IMG/VR virus record: IMGVR_UViG_3300048798_000032 | Location: 39,429-103,428 of that record | Origin: a virus | DNA: 64,000 nt | Direction: 5' to 3' (one strand) | Shown here: positions 31,583 to 40,911 of the stretch, one piece after another | How the letters are laid out: the number at the start of each line of letters is the position of its first letter | How positions within the stretch are numbered: position 1 is the first letter of the stretch | Position numbers and translations under genes: made by a program | The notes under the pieces: model-generated | Told to the model about the DNA's origin: nothing | Databases searched by the model: none | Seen by the model: the letters and a program-made list of their open reading frames with translations, nothing else

Positions 31583-33160
31583 GTGTCCCGCTTCAATACC
31601 TCCACGGCGCGAGTGCAGCCGCGCAGCCCGGTCACGTCGGAGACTGCCCCGTCTGGCCTGACCCACGAGGGCGCGCCGGGTTACGCCCGCGAAGCCAAGT
31701 CGGAACTTTTCTTGCTCGCGGTCGCGCACATGGGCGACGGGTCGTTCTACGAGTCCGCACCCGAACGCGACCGGCGGTTCTGTGCCCTCGTCCACGGTGT
31801 CGCGATGAACGATCCCGAGTGGATCGGCCAGTTCATCCCGTGGCTCCGCAACGAGGCCAACATGCGCACGGTGTCGGTGGTCGCGGCGGCCGAGGCGGCA
31901 TGGGCACTCCTGACGGACGAGAAGCCGGGCGGCCGGCAAGTCATCGCGTCCGCACTCCAGCGCGCCGACGAGCCGGGCGAACTGCTCGCCTACTGGCACT
32001 CCCGTCACGGCCGGGTGGTGCCGAAGCCGGTCAAGCGCGGTCTCGCCGACGCGATTCAGCGGCTCTACACGGAGTACGTGCTGATGAAATATGACACGGC
32101 CAGCCACGGTTACCGGTTCGCCGACGTGATCGAGCTCGTCCACCCGGTCGCGGCCGAGGCGTGGCGGGGCGACCTGTTCAAGTACGCGATCGACCGGCGC
32201 CACAACCGTGACGGCGACGCTCCCGAGTCGCTGCGCATGGTGCGCGCGAACGCGGCCCTGCGCAGGATCGCCGCCAGCACCCCGGCAACTCTGCTGGACG
32301 CCGAGGCACTCAAGGCCGCGGGTATGACGTGGGAGGACGCACTGTTGCTCGCGGGTGGCAGTGTGAGCAAGCGGGACCTGTGGACGGCCATGATCCCGTC
32401 GATGGGCATCTTCGCCCTGGTGCGGAACCTGCGCAACTTCGATGAGGCAGGCGTCACCGACGACACGGCGGCCCAGGTCACGGCAAAGCTCACGGACGCC
32501 GAGGTCATTGCCAAGTCGCGGATGTTCCCGTTCCGGTTCCTCGCCGCCTACCGGGCCGCGCCGTCACTGAGGTGGTCGTGGCCGCTGGAGAAGGCGCTCA
32601 ACCTGTCCCTGGCCAACGTGCCCGCACTCAGGGGGCGCACGCTCATCCTGGTGGACCGCTCGGGTTCCATGTTCGACACCGTGTCCGCCAAGTCTGGGCT
32701 GAACCGCGCCGACACGGCGGCCCTGTTCGGGTCCGCGCTGACCCGGCGTAGCGACCACGCCGACCTCGTGGAGTTCGGCACCGGCAGCCAGATGGTCCTG
32801 TCCACCGACGCGGCCCACGCGTACGGTCACGCCGAGTCGGTGCTGAAGATGGTCAGCCGGTTCGGCAGCATGGGGGGCACCAACACCGCCGAGGCCGTGC
32901 GGCGCTGGTACAGCGGGCACGACCGGGTAGTCATCCTCACCGACGAGCAGGCGTGGGGCGGCTTCAGTGGCAGCAACCCGACCATGCAGGTTCCCTCGTC
33001 GGTGCCGGTCTACACCTGGAACCTTGCGGGCTACCAGTACGGCCACGGGCCCTCGGGTGGGCAGAACCGGCATACGTTCGGGGGGCTGGAAGACAGCGCG
33101 TTCAAGATGATTCCCGCACTTGAAGCCGCGCACGACGCGCACTGGCCGTGGGAGGACTGA
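31583..33160 (+). CDS. rsr: Ro60/TROVE-domain RNA-binding protein (Rsr) with vWA domain
   Basis: THEGAPGY..KSELFLLAV..FYES, KYD..DVIELVHP, MTWE, ALVRNLRN, SRMFPFRF, vWA DRSGSM, GGT, ILTDEQ. Confidence 0.93.
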   Translation: MSRFNTSTARVQPRSPVTSETAPSGLTHEGAPGYAREAKSELFLLAVAHMGDGSFYESAPERDRRFCALVHGVAMNDPEWIGQFIPWLRNEANMRTVSVVAAAEAAWALLTDEKPGGRQVIASALQRADEPGELLAYWHSRHGRVVPKPVKRGLADAIQRLYTEYVLMKYDTASHGYRFADVIELVHPVAAEAWRGDLFKYAIDRRHNRDGDAPESLRMVRANAALRRIAASTPATLLDAEALKAAGMTWEDALLLAGGSVSKRDLWTAMIPSMGIFALVRNLRNFDEAGVTDDTAAQVTAKLTDAEVIAKSRMFPFRFLAAYRAAPSLRWSWPLEKALNLSLANVPALRGRTLILVDRSGSMFDTVSAKSGLNRADTAALFGSALTRRSDHADLVEFGTGSQMVLSTDAAHAYGHAESVLKMVSRFGSMGGTNTAEAVRRWYSGHDRVVILTDEQAWGGFSGSNPTMQVPSSVPVYTWNLAGYQYGHGPSGGQNRHTFGGLEDSAFKMIPALEAAHDAHWPWED

Positions 33161-33172
33161 TTCCAGGCACAC

Positions 33173-33221
33173 AAAAAGACCGCCGCACCACTCACCCGAA
33201 GGCAAGCGGTGCGGCGGTCTT
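33173..33221 (-). terminator. intrinsic terminator between the convergent rsr and late operons
   Basis: 14-bp stem AAGACCGCCGCACC/GGTGCGGCGGTCTT with an A-run on the left side. Confidence 0.8.
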
Positions 33222-33236
33222 GAGCCCAGGATCAGG

Positions 33237-33760
33237 CTACCCGACCTTGGTGCCGAAGTACTTCTCGTACAGCGCCTGGAGTTCAGTGAACCCCTTCTCC
33301 GCATCTGACACGACTGCGGAAGCCTCAGTGCCCACTCCGGGGGCAACCAGCTTGAGCGCGCCGACGACAGAGCCGAGCACCTTCTCCAGGGCGGGAGCGT
33401 GCTCGACCGCGAACGCGTCGGCCTTGGCCAGGTCGGCCTTGACGTCTTCGATGCCACGGCCGAACAGGTCACGGAACTTCTGCTCGAACTCCTGCAAGTC
33501 CATGGTGAATCTCCTCTTCGCTGCTGCGGGTTTGATGTCCGTGTTCAGACTTTCGCTGGCCAGTGCCAGGTGCCTCCGTGATAGACGCGGCCCCCGCACA
33601 ACGGCGAGTCGGTTTCCCCGACATCGGCACCTGGATCGTACTGAATCTCAGGGTTGAAGAACTGGCCGGTGGGGTTGAGCACACAGAGGCCGACATATGG
33701 GACACCGTGCTCCGGGACTGGATCCATGTGGACGATCCGGCCTATCGATGGCTGCTGCAC
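33237..33760 (-). other. two small late hypothetical ORFs (33237-33503, 33545-33760)
   Basis: RBSs GAGGAG and GAGAGG; MDLQEFEQKF.., MQQPSIGRIVH.. Confidence 0.55.
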
Positions 33761-33965
33761 TCCGGTCCTCTCTCGTTGCTGCAGGTTTCAGGTATGGGAG
33801 AACAGGCGAACCCCGCAGCAAGGGCGGGAAGCCTGGCAGGTGGCCTGTTCAGAGACCGTGGGATGCGAGGTAGGCCACAACCTCAGAGATGTCCCGGTCC
33901 GCGCTCGCGGCCACCAGGCGCACCAGGCGCACCAGGGAGGCAAGTTCCGTCAGGGGTGGCCAGGA

Positions 33966-34922
33966 TCACGAACTGCTCCACCGGTTCAGCGACACGTTGA
34001 CGATCCCGCCATCCACGTTGTCAGTCCTCGTCACGTCCAGGGCGTGCAGGGCGACCATGCCAGCGGGCGGATCCCCGAGGTCCACCTGCCCGCTCACCTT
34101 GCATTCGAAGTCGTACAGGTTCACGTGACCGTTGTCCCAGTACGCCTTGACCTGGACGCTTGTCCCCTCATCGCCAGCGATTGTGAGGGTAGCGGCATTG
34201 TAGCCGCCGCTCTCCCCCGCTGCTGAGGCGTCAGCCCAGACGGGGAGAGGCCCGCTGCGCTGGCCTGATTCGGTGAGCTGAATGTTCACGTCGTCGTCCT
34301 CCTGGATGACGGGGGGCTTGGGAGGTGGGGGCGCGCTCCTGGGTGCGACCAGCGCGGCGAGTTCGCCCACGGTGCCGTGAAAGAGCGAGCAGTCGACGGG
34401 ATAGCCGATGCCCGGCACGTCATACGTCTGGCTGAACTGCCACAGGATGTGCGGCCCAGCGGGTTCCTGGTCGGAGTAGGCGGCGATCCAGTCCGGCGCC
34501 AGCCCATTCTCAGCCGCGAAGTCTTCCCCCGAGTACAGCCACGGCCGGCCGGCCGTGGTACGCGCCAGATGCGGGTAGGCGGCCAGGATGACATCGCGCC
34601 ACTCCTGCCAGCGAGCTGCGCAGTCCTCGCCTTCCTCGAGGTCGCAGATCGGGATCTCGCCATCCTGGAGATCACCGAGGAGATGGACGAGCGCCGCGGC
34701 TTGCACGGTCGCGCTCTGGCTGGTGACCAGATATTGGTAGAGACCTATGAACTGCATCCCGGCCGCGCGAAGTGCCGCGCACCGCTGGCCGTTGTACCAG
34801 GCACCGTCAATCGTGGTGCCAAACATGGCCCTGACGATGATGGCCTTTGACCAAGAAGCGTATTGCCGGTCGTTGATGTTCGGCTGCCAGGAGGAGCAAT
34901 CGGCGAGCAAGGTTTCAGTCAT
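33966..34922 (-). CDS. endolysin, GH25 muramidase
   Basis: DCSSWQ, GLYQY, ICDLEE, WIAAY, LWQF, VDCS; Pro linker followed by a C-terminal domain. Confidence 0.85.
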   Translation of the reverse strand: MTETLLADCSSWQPNINDRQYASWSKAIIVRAMFGTTIDGAWYNGQRCAALRAAGMQFIGLYQYLVTSQSATVQAAALVHLLGDLQDGEIPICDLEEGEDCAARWQEWRDVILAAYPHLARTTAGRPWLYSGEDFAAENGLAPDWIAAYSDQEPAGPHILWQFSQTYDVPGIGYPVDCSLFHGTVGELAALVAPRSAPPPPKPPVIQEDDDVNIQLTESGQRSGPLPVWADASAAGESGGYNAATLTIAGDEGTSVQVKAYWDNGHVNLYDFECKVSGQVDLGDPPAGMVALHALDVTRTDNVDGGIVNVSLNRWSSS

Positions 34923-35246
34923 GTGCCACCTCCCTTGAGACGAGCAGGCAAGCCGGCCGGGGCCGCGTGGCTAGAAGATGCGCCTGAGCCACGCCAGGAA
35001 ACGGCTCGGCCACGGCTGCGGCGGCGGCTTCGGCGTAATGCTGAGCGTCCCGGAGAACGGTGCCTGATACCCCGATGGGCTCACGAGGATCCCGGCCACG
35101 TCGTAGCGCCCGTCAGGTTCCACGCGGCACCTGCACCAGGTAGATACCGGTGATAGTGGTGCTCTCGCCGGTCGCCTCGTCGGTGAGAGTGGCCGTAATT
35201 ATCCGCTGCACCGTCACTGGCTGGCTGGTGGCGAGAATCGGCATGG

Positions 35247-35552
35247 CTACCCCGCGGTCGCGGTGAACTCACCGGACCACTCCTGGCCAACCTGGGATGT
35301 CTTCCCCGGAGTCCAGGTGATGGGTGCGTCGGTCTCGCCAACAGCACCCGCGAGCCGGTTCGGCAGGTCAACCACGAAGGTCCCGGTCACATCCGAGACC
35401 TCACCTGTCGCCTCGTCGGTGAGGGTGCCGTTCAGCGTGCGGTCGGTGGCTGTCGTGTTCGCCCCAGTGCCGGACAGGGTTGCGGTGACAATCGCATCGG
35501 GGGGGTATGACGGCTGGTCGAAGGTGAGGGTCAGGCCGGTGGGTGCGGTCAT
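35247..35552 (-). CDS. hypothetical beta-rich virion-type protein
   Basis: MTAPTGLTLTFDQPSY; RBS GGAG. Confidence 0.55.
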   Translation of the reverse strand: MTAPTGLTLTFDQPSYPPDAIVTATLSGTGANTTATDRTLNGTLTDEATGEVSDVTGTFVVDLPNRLAGAVGETDAPITWTPGKTSQVGQEWSGEFTATAG

Positions 35553-35789
35553 CGTGTCTCCAGGGAAGAATCGGGGGATGTGGTGGGTGCGGGCGTCCAG
35601 GTTTCCTCGCGTGGTCACGTGCGGGAAAGGCGCGGCGAGTGGGAGAGTGGGAGTGGCCGCCCAGGTAGGGTTGACTCCGGGGCGACGGCTGCCGGATCAC
35701 CCGCACCGAAGGTGCCAAGTGCGAAGGACCGGCTTGGCCCCGCGAGAATGGCCCTGGAGACAGCCACGTCCTTCTCGTCGCTGAGAACT

Positions 35790-36236
35790 TCAGCCGTCGC
35801 TACCGGGTGGTCGCAACGTCTCGTGCTTGGCCTGAAGGTTGCCGGTGCCCGGATCGGCCGCGTCCGGAATCGGCGGCAGCGGATCATCACCAAACGCGGC
35901 CATTGCGGCGGACATGGCTCCATAGTCGGTCGCAAAGTTGGCGTAGATCGAGTACACGAGCGTGATGAAGATGCCCAGCTTCAGCCAGAGTTGCGGTTCG
36001 CCGAAGAACAGCCACGCCACCAGCGGGAAGTTGATCAGCCAGTAGATGACCCCGTACAGGTGGACCCGGTACTGGGTGTGCGGGTTGGTTTCCAGGTCGC
36101 TGACGACGTGACTCAGCCAGCCGTGCCGCATCCCGGCGCTGCGGAGGATCCGCTGGGTGGTGACCTGCTGCTTGCGGAGGGCCTTCAGTTCACTGTGCAG
36201 TTCGTCCAGCCGGGCGCTCAGTTGCCCGTCATCCAT
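35790..36236 (-). CDS. membrane protein (lysis region)
   Basis: two hydrophobic segments. Confidence 0.55.
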   Translation of the reverse strand: MDDGQLSARLDELHSELKALRKQQVTTQRILRSAGMRHGWLSHVVSDLETNPHTQYRVHLYGVIYWLINFPLVAWLFFGEPQLWLKLGIFITLVYSIYANFATDYGAMSAAMAAFGDDPLPPIPDAADPGTGNLQAKHETLRPPGSDG

Positions 36237-36457
36237 CAGGCTGGCCTCATCTCTCCGTTGCGGATCCAGCCATGCCACGGCCACGCCGGATCCCGGTCAT
36301 CGATCGACGGGTGGACCGTGATGCGGGGAGCGTCGCCCGTGACCGTCCAGTACGCGCCACCTGACGCCGAGACCGTCGAGTACCAGACCGTCCGGTTGGG
36401 CAGCACGATCGCCCAGCACTCGCCGTGGTCGTTGTCCAGATCCGGCTCGCGCCACAT
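36236..36457 (-). CDS. DUF6527-like protein
   Basis: WTVTGDAPRITVHPSI..WHGWIRNG; start uncertain. Confidence 0.55.
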   Translation of the reverse strand: MWREPDLDNDHGECWAIVLPNRTVWYSTVSASGGAYWTVTGDAPRITVHPSIDDRDPAWPWHGWIRNGEMRPA

Positions 36458-36581
36458 GTCGCCGGCCTGAAGCGACGCACCAGAGCCGGGCGAGTCCAGT
36501 GCTGCCTCATCGTCGGCACGTGGCAGCCGGCCGCCAGAGATTCCCCAGTCCGGGTTATCTATGACGCACAGCGGGATCCCC

Positions 36582-37241
36582 TCAATGCTTGACCGCGACC
36601 AGGATGATCGTCACCACGCTTGCCAGGACCGCCGCGATGGCGATAGTGGAAGCGACGACCGCCCGCATCCGGGCGTCCCGTGCCGCCTCCTCGGCCTGCT
36701 GGTATGTGGCCTCAGCGCGGGTGTCGGTGCGCTGGACGGCGGACCCCTGCTCGGCACCGTCCCCCCGGTCGATGCGCTCTTTCAGTTCCGTCAGCCGGTC
36801 GTTGTAACCCGTCTGCATCGCGTCGATCCGGATGCCGATCTGGTCGATCTGCTTGATCGTGGACTGCTCGGCCTTGTCGGCAGCCTGCGCGTTCGCCTCG
36901 TTCTGCTGGGAGACCAGTTCCTTGGCGGCCAGCAGCGCCGCGTCGAGGGCTTCCTTGGATGCTTTCGCGGCCTGGTCGGTGCGCACGTCCCGCTCGCGGA
37001 ACTGCTGGGCAATCCCCTCGAACTTCTCGCTGTGCAGTTCCTGGAGGTGGCGCACCGCGATCTGGATCGCGGTGGGGGTCCGGTTGACGGTCTCCGACAG
37101 GACGACCGTCGCCCGGTCCATGCCGTCCAGGCGTGCCTGGAGGATCTCCCGCAGCGCTGATACGTCCCTGCGCAGTTCCTCGGTCGTCAGGTAGGGAGGG
37201 CCGGGAATGTGGCCGTCACGTGGATCGTCGGCAGCCGTCAT
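36582..37241 (-). CDS. coiled-coil protein with C-terminal transmembrane helix
   Basis: heptad-rich body, hydrophobic C-terminus. Confidence 0.65.
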   Translation of the reverse strand: MTAADDPRDGHIPGPPYLTTEELRRDVSALREILQARLDGMDRATVVLSETVNRTPTAIQIAVRHLQELHSEKFEGIAQQFRERDVRTDQAAKASKEALDAALLAAKELVSQQNEANAQAADKAEQSTIKQIDQIGIRIDAMQTGYNDRLTELKERIDRGDGAEQGSAVQRTDTRAEATYQQAEEAARDARMRAVVASTIAIAAVLASVVTIILVAVKH

Positions 37242-37287
37242 CCTCACCCCCCTGGGCGACGGTCAGGTCAGGCGCGGTGCCCGGATG

Positions 37288-37455
37288 TCACTGCCGCCGG
37301 CGTGCATACGCCGACGCCGGGAGAGCCCAGTACAGCACCAGCAGGATCCCGGCCACGCCGGTCAGGATCGCTATCGCGTGCGTGATGCTCAGGTTGCCGA
37401 GCCACTCGATGACAGCGACGATGATCAGGGCGATGCCTATCAGTACGGCGATCAT
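37288..37455 (-). CDS. putative holin, 55 aa (absent from the ORF track)
   Basis: MIAVLIGIALIIVAVIEWLGNLSITHAIAILTGVAGILLVLYWALPASAYARRRQ: two TM helices and a basic tail. Confidence 0.6.
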   Translation of the reverse strand: MIAVLIGIALIIVAVIEWLGNLSITHAIAILTGVAGILLVLYWALPASAYARRRQ

Positions 37456-37473
37456 GGGCAGAGTGTCCTTTCC

Positions 37474-38079
37474 TCAGGCCAACTGCTCAGCGATGACAGC
37501 GCAGATGCTGATCGGCGCGACTGTGTCACCGGAGGTAATGCTGCCCACGCTCAGGTCAAACCAGTAGGCCGTACCGGGGGTGAGTGACAGCCGGTCAGTG
37601 ATCACGAACGCCGCCCCGTTGGTGGCGCTCACGCTCGCACTGCGCACCGAGGCGTCAGTGGCCGGCCCGAATGCGGTTCCCGTGTTGGCCGCGGCGTTGA
37701 CGGGCGCGGCCCCGGTGCCATACCGGCCACCGGCGATCCCGGAGGATGACGCCGTGGAGGAGACCAGGACCCCGGTGATGGTGACGATGACCTTGCCGCT
37801 GCCAGACGGGGTGTAAGCAACGGGCGTCGTCTGGGCACCGAGGCCCATCATGAGCTGCGCAGTGCCGGATGTCCCAGTGGGATTGGCCGGCTTGATGCTG
37901 ACGGACGCGGCGGGGAGCTTGATGCCGCTCAGCCCTGCGGGCAGGTACGTCCAGGCGGTTCCGTTGTAGACGCCGTACTGATTCTGGGTCGTATCGAAGT
38001 ACGCCCACCCGGCCGCGGGCGACGACGGCGCGCTTGAGAGGCTCTCGATGCACAGCGGCGTGCTGACCTTAGTAGCCAA
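37474..38079 (-). CDS. minor tail / fibre protein
   Basis: position; APSSPAAGWAYFDTT motif. Confidence 0.65.
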   Translation of the reverse strand: MATKVSTPLCIESLSSAPSSPAAGWAYFDTTQNQYGVYNGTAWTYLPAGLSGIKLPAASVSIKPANPTGTSGTAQLMMGLGAQTTPVAYTPSGSGKVIVTITGVLVSSTASSSGIAGGRYGTGAAPVNAAANTGTAFGPATDASVRSASVSATNGAAFVITDRLSLTPGTAYWFDLSVGSITSGDTVAPISICAVIAEQLA

Positions 38080-38082
38080 CGG

Positions 38083-39390
38083 TCAGCCAACCACTGTGCA
38101 GCGCACCGTGTTCGCAGCCGGTGCGGCACCGAAGACCAGGTTGACCGCGTTCGCCGAGGTGGCGATCACATCGCAGTACATGATCTGCGGATTCGCCCCC
38201 GACACGTCCCACACGGTCACGTCCGGATAGGAGTTGTTCAGGTTATGCGTGACCGTCAGCGTGGTCAGCGCGCCGTTGCCGAGGGTGCCCGACGTGTAGA
38301 CCTGCCCGAAGCTGAGCGACGTCTTGGCACCCGCAACGGTGGTTGCCCCCATACCACCCTGTGCGACGGGAAGGCCGCCGGCCACGACGCCGACCTGGTT
38401 CCCGGTCAGTGCCAGCCCAGCACCGACGCTGACTTCACCGGCACCCGTGAACTGCTGGAACTGGATTGCTGTCGTCCCGTACGTGACCACGGTCTCGGGG
38501 ACGGGGGCGACGACGATGAACCCGGTGCCCTTGTTCAGCGTGCCGCCGGCGACGAACACATACGCGCCGATGGGAGAGTTCGAGCCGGTGAAGTCAGCTG
38601 CCCGGCTCAGGGTCAGGTTCGTCGTGGCGTTCGTGACCGTGTACAGGCCATTGGCGGGCTGCGCGGTGCCGAGGCCGTTCGTGGCCGCCGTGCCGGGACC
38701 CGTCGCCGCCGGGGCGTTCATGATCAGCACGTTGTCGCCGATGGCCGGGGAGACGCCGTCAACCGCTGTGCCGCTGATCTGCGTCACGGTCCCGCTGGTG
38801 ACGGTGCAGGTTTCTGCCCCGGTGGTGCAGGCGACCGCGCCGTACTTCCCCGCCGCACCCTGGAACAGTCCGTCCACGTAGGACTTGATCGCGATGCTGG
38901 ACGCCGTGGTCGGCGCCGGCGCGGTCGGTGTCCCGGTCAGCGCCGGGGAGGCGAGCGGGGCCAGCGCGGCGAGCGCGGCGGCGAGCCCGGAGATCTGCGA
39001 CTGGGTGAGCCCGGTCAGCGCCGCACCGCTGCCACCCGGCGCGAGGTAGTCGGTTCCCGCCGCCGCCGCCGCGATTGCGGTCCCGTTGCCCTTCAGCAGT
39101 CCCGAGATGGTTGTCTGGAGGGTGAGCGCCGGGGCGGTACCCGCATTCGCGACGGTGCCCGCGAAGCCGTTTGCGTTCACCACGGAAACTGTGGTGACGC
39201 TTCCCTCGGTGGCGGTGAGGTAGATCCAGCCGGTGGTGGCACCCATGTAGACGCCGAACGCGTTCAGTGTGCTGTCGGTGTAGAACTGGCCGAATACCGG
39301 GCTCGACGGGGCACCGGAAAGGGGATGCGCCAGAGCGTTCATAATCGCGTTCTGGAGCATGTTGAACGGGGTGCCATACTTGGTGGCCAC
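38083..39390 (-). CDS. tail fibre-like structural protein
   Basis: LASPALTGTPTAP, KSYVD, NGLY, C-terminal THNL domain. Confidence 0.75.
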   Translation of the reverse strand: MATKYGTPFNMLQNAIMNALAHPLSGAPSSPVFGQFYTDSTLNAFGVYMGATTGWIYLTATEGSVTTVSVVNANGFAGTVANAGTAPALTLQTTISGLLKGNGTAIAAAAAGTDYLAPGGSGAALTGLTQSQISGLAAALAALAPLASPALTGTPTAPAPTTASSIAIKSYVDGLFQGAAGKYGAVACTTGAETCTVTSGTVTQISGTAVDGVSPAIGDNVLIMNAPAATGPGTAATNGLGTAQPANGLYTVTNATTNLTLSRAADFTGSNSPIGAYVFVAGGTLNKGTGFIVVAPVPETVVTYGTTAIQFQQFTGAGEVSVGAGLALTGNQVGVVAGGLPVAQGGMGATTVAGAKTSLSFGQVYTSGTLGNGALTTLTVTHNLNNSYPDVTVWDVSGANPQIMYCDVIATSANAVNLVFGAAPAANTVRCTVVG

Positions 39391-39449
39391 GAACAGCCCC
39401 TTTCGGTGCGGCTTTCAGGCGGCGGAAAGCCGCGCGGTACGGTTGGGGC

Positions 39450-39692
39450 GTGGAGCTGATGCAGCCCAGGAAGTTCACGGAGACACTCGGCGCGATCAGC
39501 GCTCAGGAGGATGTCGTGGTGCGGCACGGCCTCGGGACCAGCGCCGTGATAGCCCAGTTCTTCCACTTGCCAGCCGGTGAGACCGCGTGGCCGCCGCCTG
39601 CATGGCTCGCGATCTTGAACCCAGGCGAACTGCACGTGGCGTTCGGGGTCGATGCCGGGCCGGGGGAGATAGCCGCCGTAGTCGTCGCGTGA
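39450..39692 (+). CDS. antisense small protein resembling the tail THNLG domain
   Basis: KFTETLG..VVVRHGLGTSAVIAQF..ELHVAF..AVVVA. Confidence 0.55.
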   Translation: MELMQPRKFTETLGAISAQEDVVVRHGLGTSAVIAQFFHLPAGETAWPPPAWLAILNPGELHVAFGVDAGPGEIAAVVVA

Positions 39693-39699
39693 ACCGGGT

Positions 39700-40641
39700 T
39701 CAGTTGCAGATAACCGTCCCGCTCGTCGGCGCGGTGAAGGTCACCGTCAGCGCGTTCAGCCCGTTGTAGACGACATCCCCGACCATCTCGTCGTCAGCGG
39801 TGTCCATCACGGTCACCGCCGGGAGCTTGCCGAGGTTGTGGGTGACGTCGATCGTGGAGACGGCGGTGAACGCCTGCGTGTAGTTCTTGTCCGCGCCCGC
39901 GAACGGCTGCCACGTCCCATCCGACCGCAGATAGGAACTGGTGCCACCGGGGTAGGTGCCCTGAAGGAAGTCCGCCATCGCGGCAACCGGCTGTGACGGG
40001 TTCTGGGCTAGCTGCGACAGGTCCACGCTGGCCGTGCTGACGGTACCGGACCCGGCCGATGTACTGGCGATTGCCGCCCCGCCGCTCGCCGCCGCCAGGT
40101 TGAACAGGCCCGCTGACGGGCTGGTCACGTAGTACGCACCGGGCGCGAAGCCACCAGGAAGCGATGTGCCGGACAGCACAACCGGCGCGCCACTGGCATA
40201 CGCGGATCCGCTGGCGGTGAACAGGGCCGGGGAGGCGAGCGTGGCGGTGAACGGGAACGGCGAGGCCGGGATGAGGCAGGTGAACCCGTAGTCCGCGAGG
40301 CCGGGGATCTGGAAGGTGACCGCGTAAGTCCAGCCCGCAGGCGACAGGCCGGGCGTGTCGGTGGGGATCAGGCCGGCCGAGAACTGGCCGTTTTCGTCAA
40401 ACTCCAGCACCACCCCGGACATGTCGATGACAGCTTGCCCGGAGATGTCGGTGATGGAGGTGATGACCGGTGAGCCGTCCGGGTTGAACTCGCCCGTGGA
40501 GGGAGCGAAAATGACCTGCCCGGCGGCTGGTGCCTCAGCGGCGTTGAGCACCGTTCCGGTGACGGTGATCAGGGCCGGGAGGGCTGCCGGGGTGCTCAGG
40601 ATCGGCACGGGGCCTCCGCTCTCAGTGCCACTCGCCGTCAC
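39700..40641 (-). CDS. minor tail protein
   Basis: YLRSDGTW, C-terminal THNLGK domain. Confidence 0.7.
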   Translation of the reverse strand: MTASGTESGGPVPILSTPAALPALITVTGTVLNAAEAPAAGQVIFAPSTGEFNPDGSPVITSITDISGQAVIDMSGVVLEFDENGQFSAGLIPTDTPGLSPAGWTYAVTFQIPGLADYGFTCLIPASPFPFTATLASPALFTASGSAYASGAPVVLSGTSLPGGFAPGAYYVTSPSAGLFNLAAASGGAAIASTSAGSGTVSTASVDLSQLAQNPSQPVAAMADFLQGTYPGGTSSYLRSDGTWQPFAGADKNYTQAFTAVSTIDVTHNLGKLPAVTVMDTADDEMVGDVVYNGLNALTVTFTAPTSGTVICN

Positions 40642-40909
40642 CTTGAGAGAAGTACAGGCAGACGGGCGTCCACGACTGGCTGCCCGACGCCGCGAACGCG
40701 TCCGGTATCCGGGCCGGCGGTGGCGCGCTGTACCCGGCGGACTGATCTACGAGTGCCCCGTACGCCGGTGGCCCGATTGCGGCCCACTGCTCGGTGATGC
40801 TGGCGTCCGCAGTGGCAGCAGTTCCCGCCGCCGACTGCTCGGTGAGGCCGGCGTAAGGGTCGTGCCCCTGCGTCACCCACTGGTCGGCGACGGACCCGGA
40901 TGCGGTGGC
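40622..40909 (-). CDS. hypothetical structural protein
   Basis: MATASGSVADQW; coupled ORF. Confidence 0.5.
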   Translation of the reverse strand, partial: ATASGSVADQWVTQGHDPYAGLTEQSAAGTAATADASITEQWAAIGPPAYGALVDQSAGYSAPPPARIPDAFAASGSQSWTPVCLYFSQGDGEWH

Positions 40910-40911
40910 CA

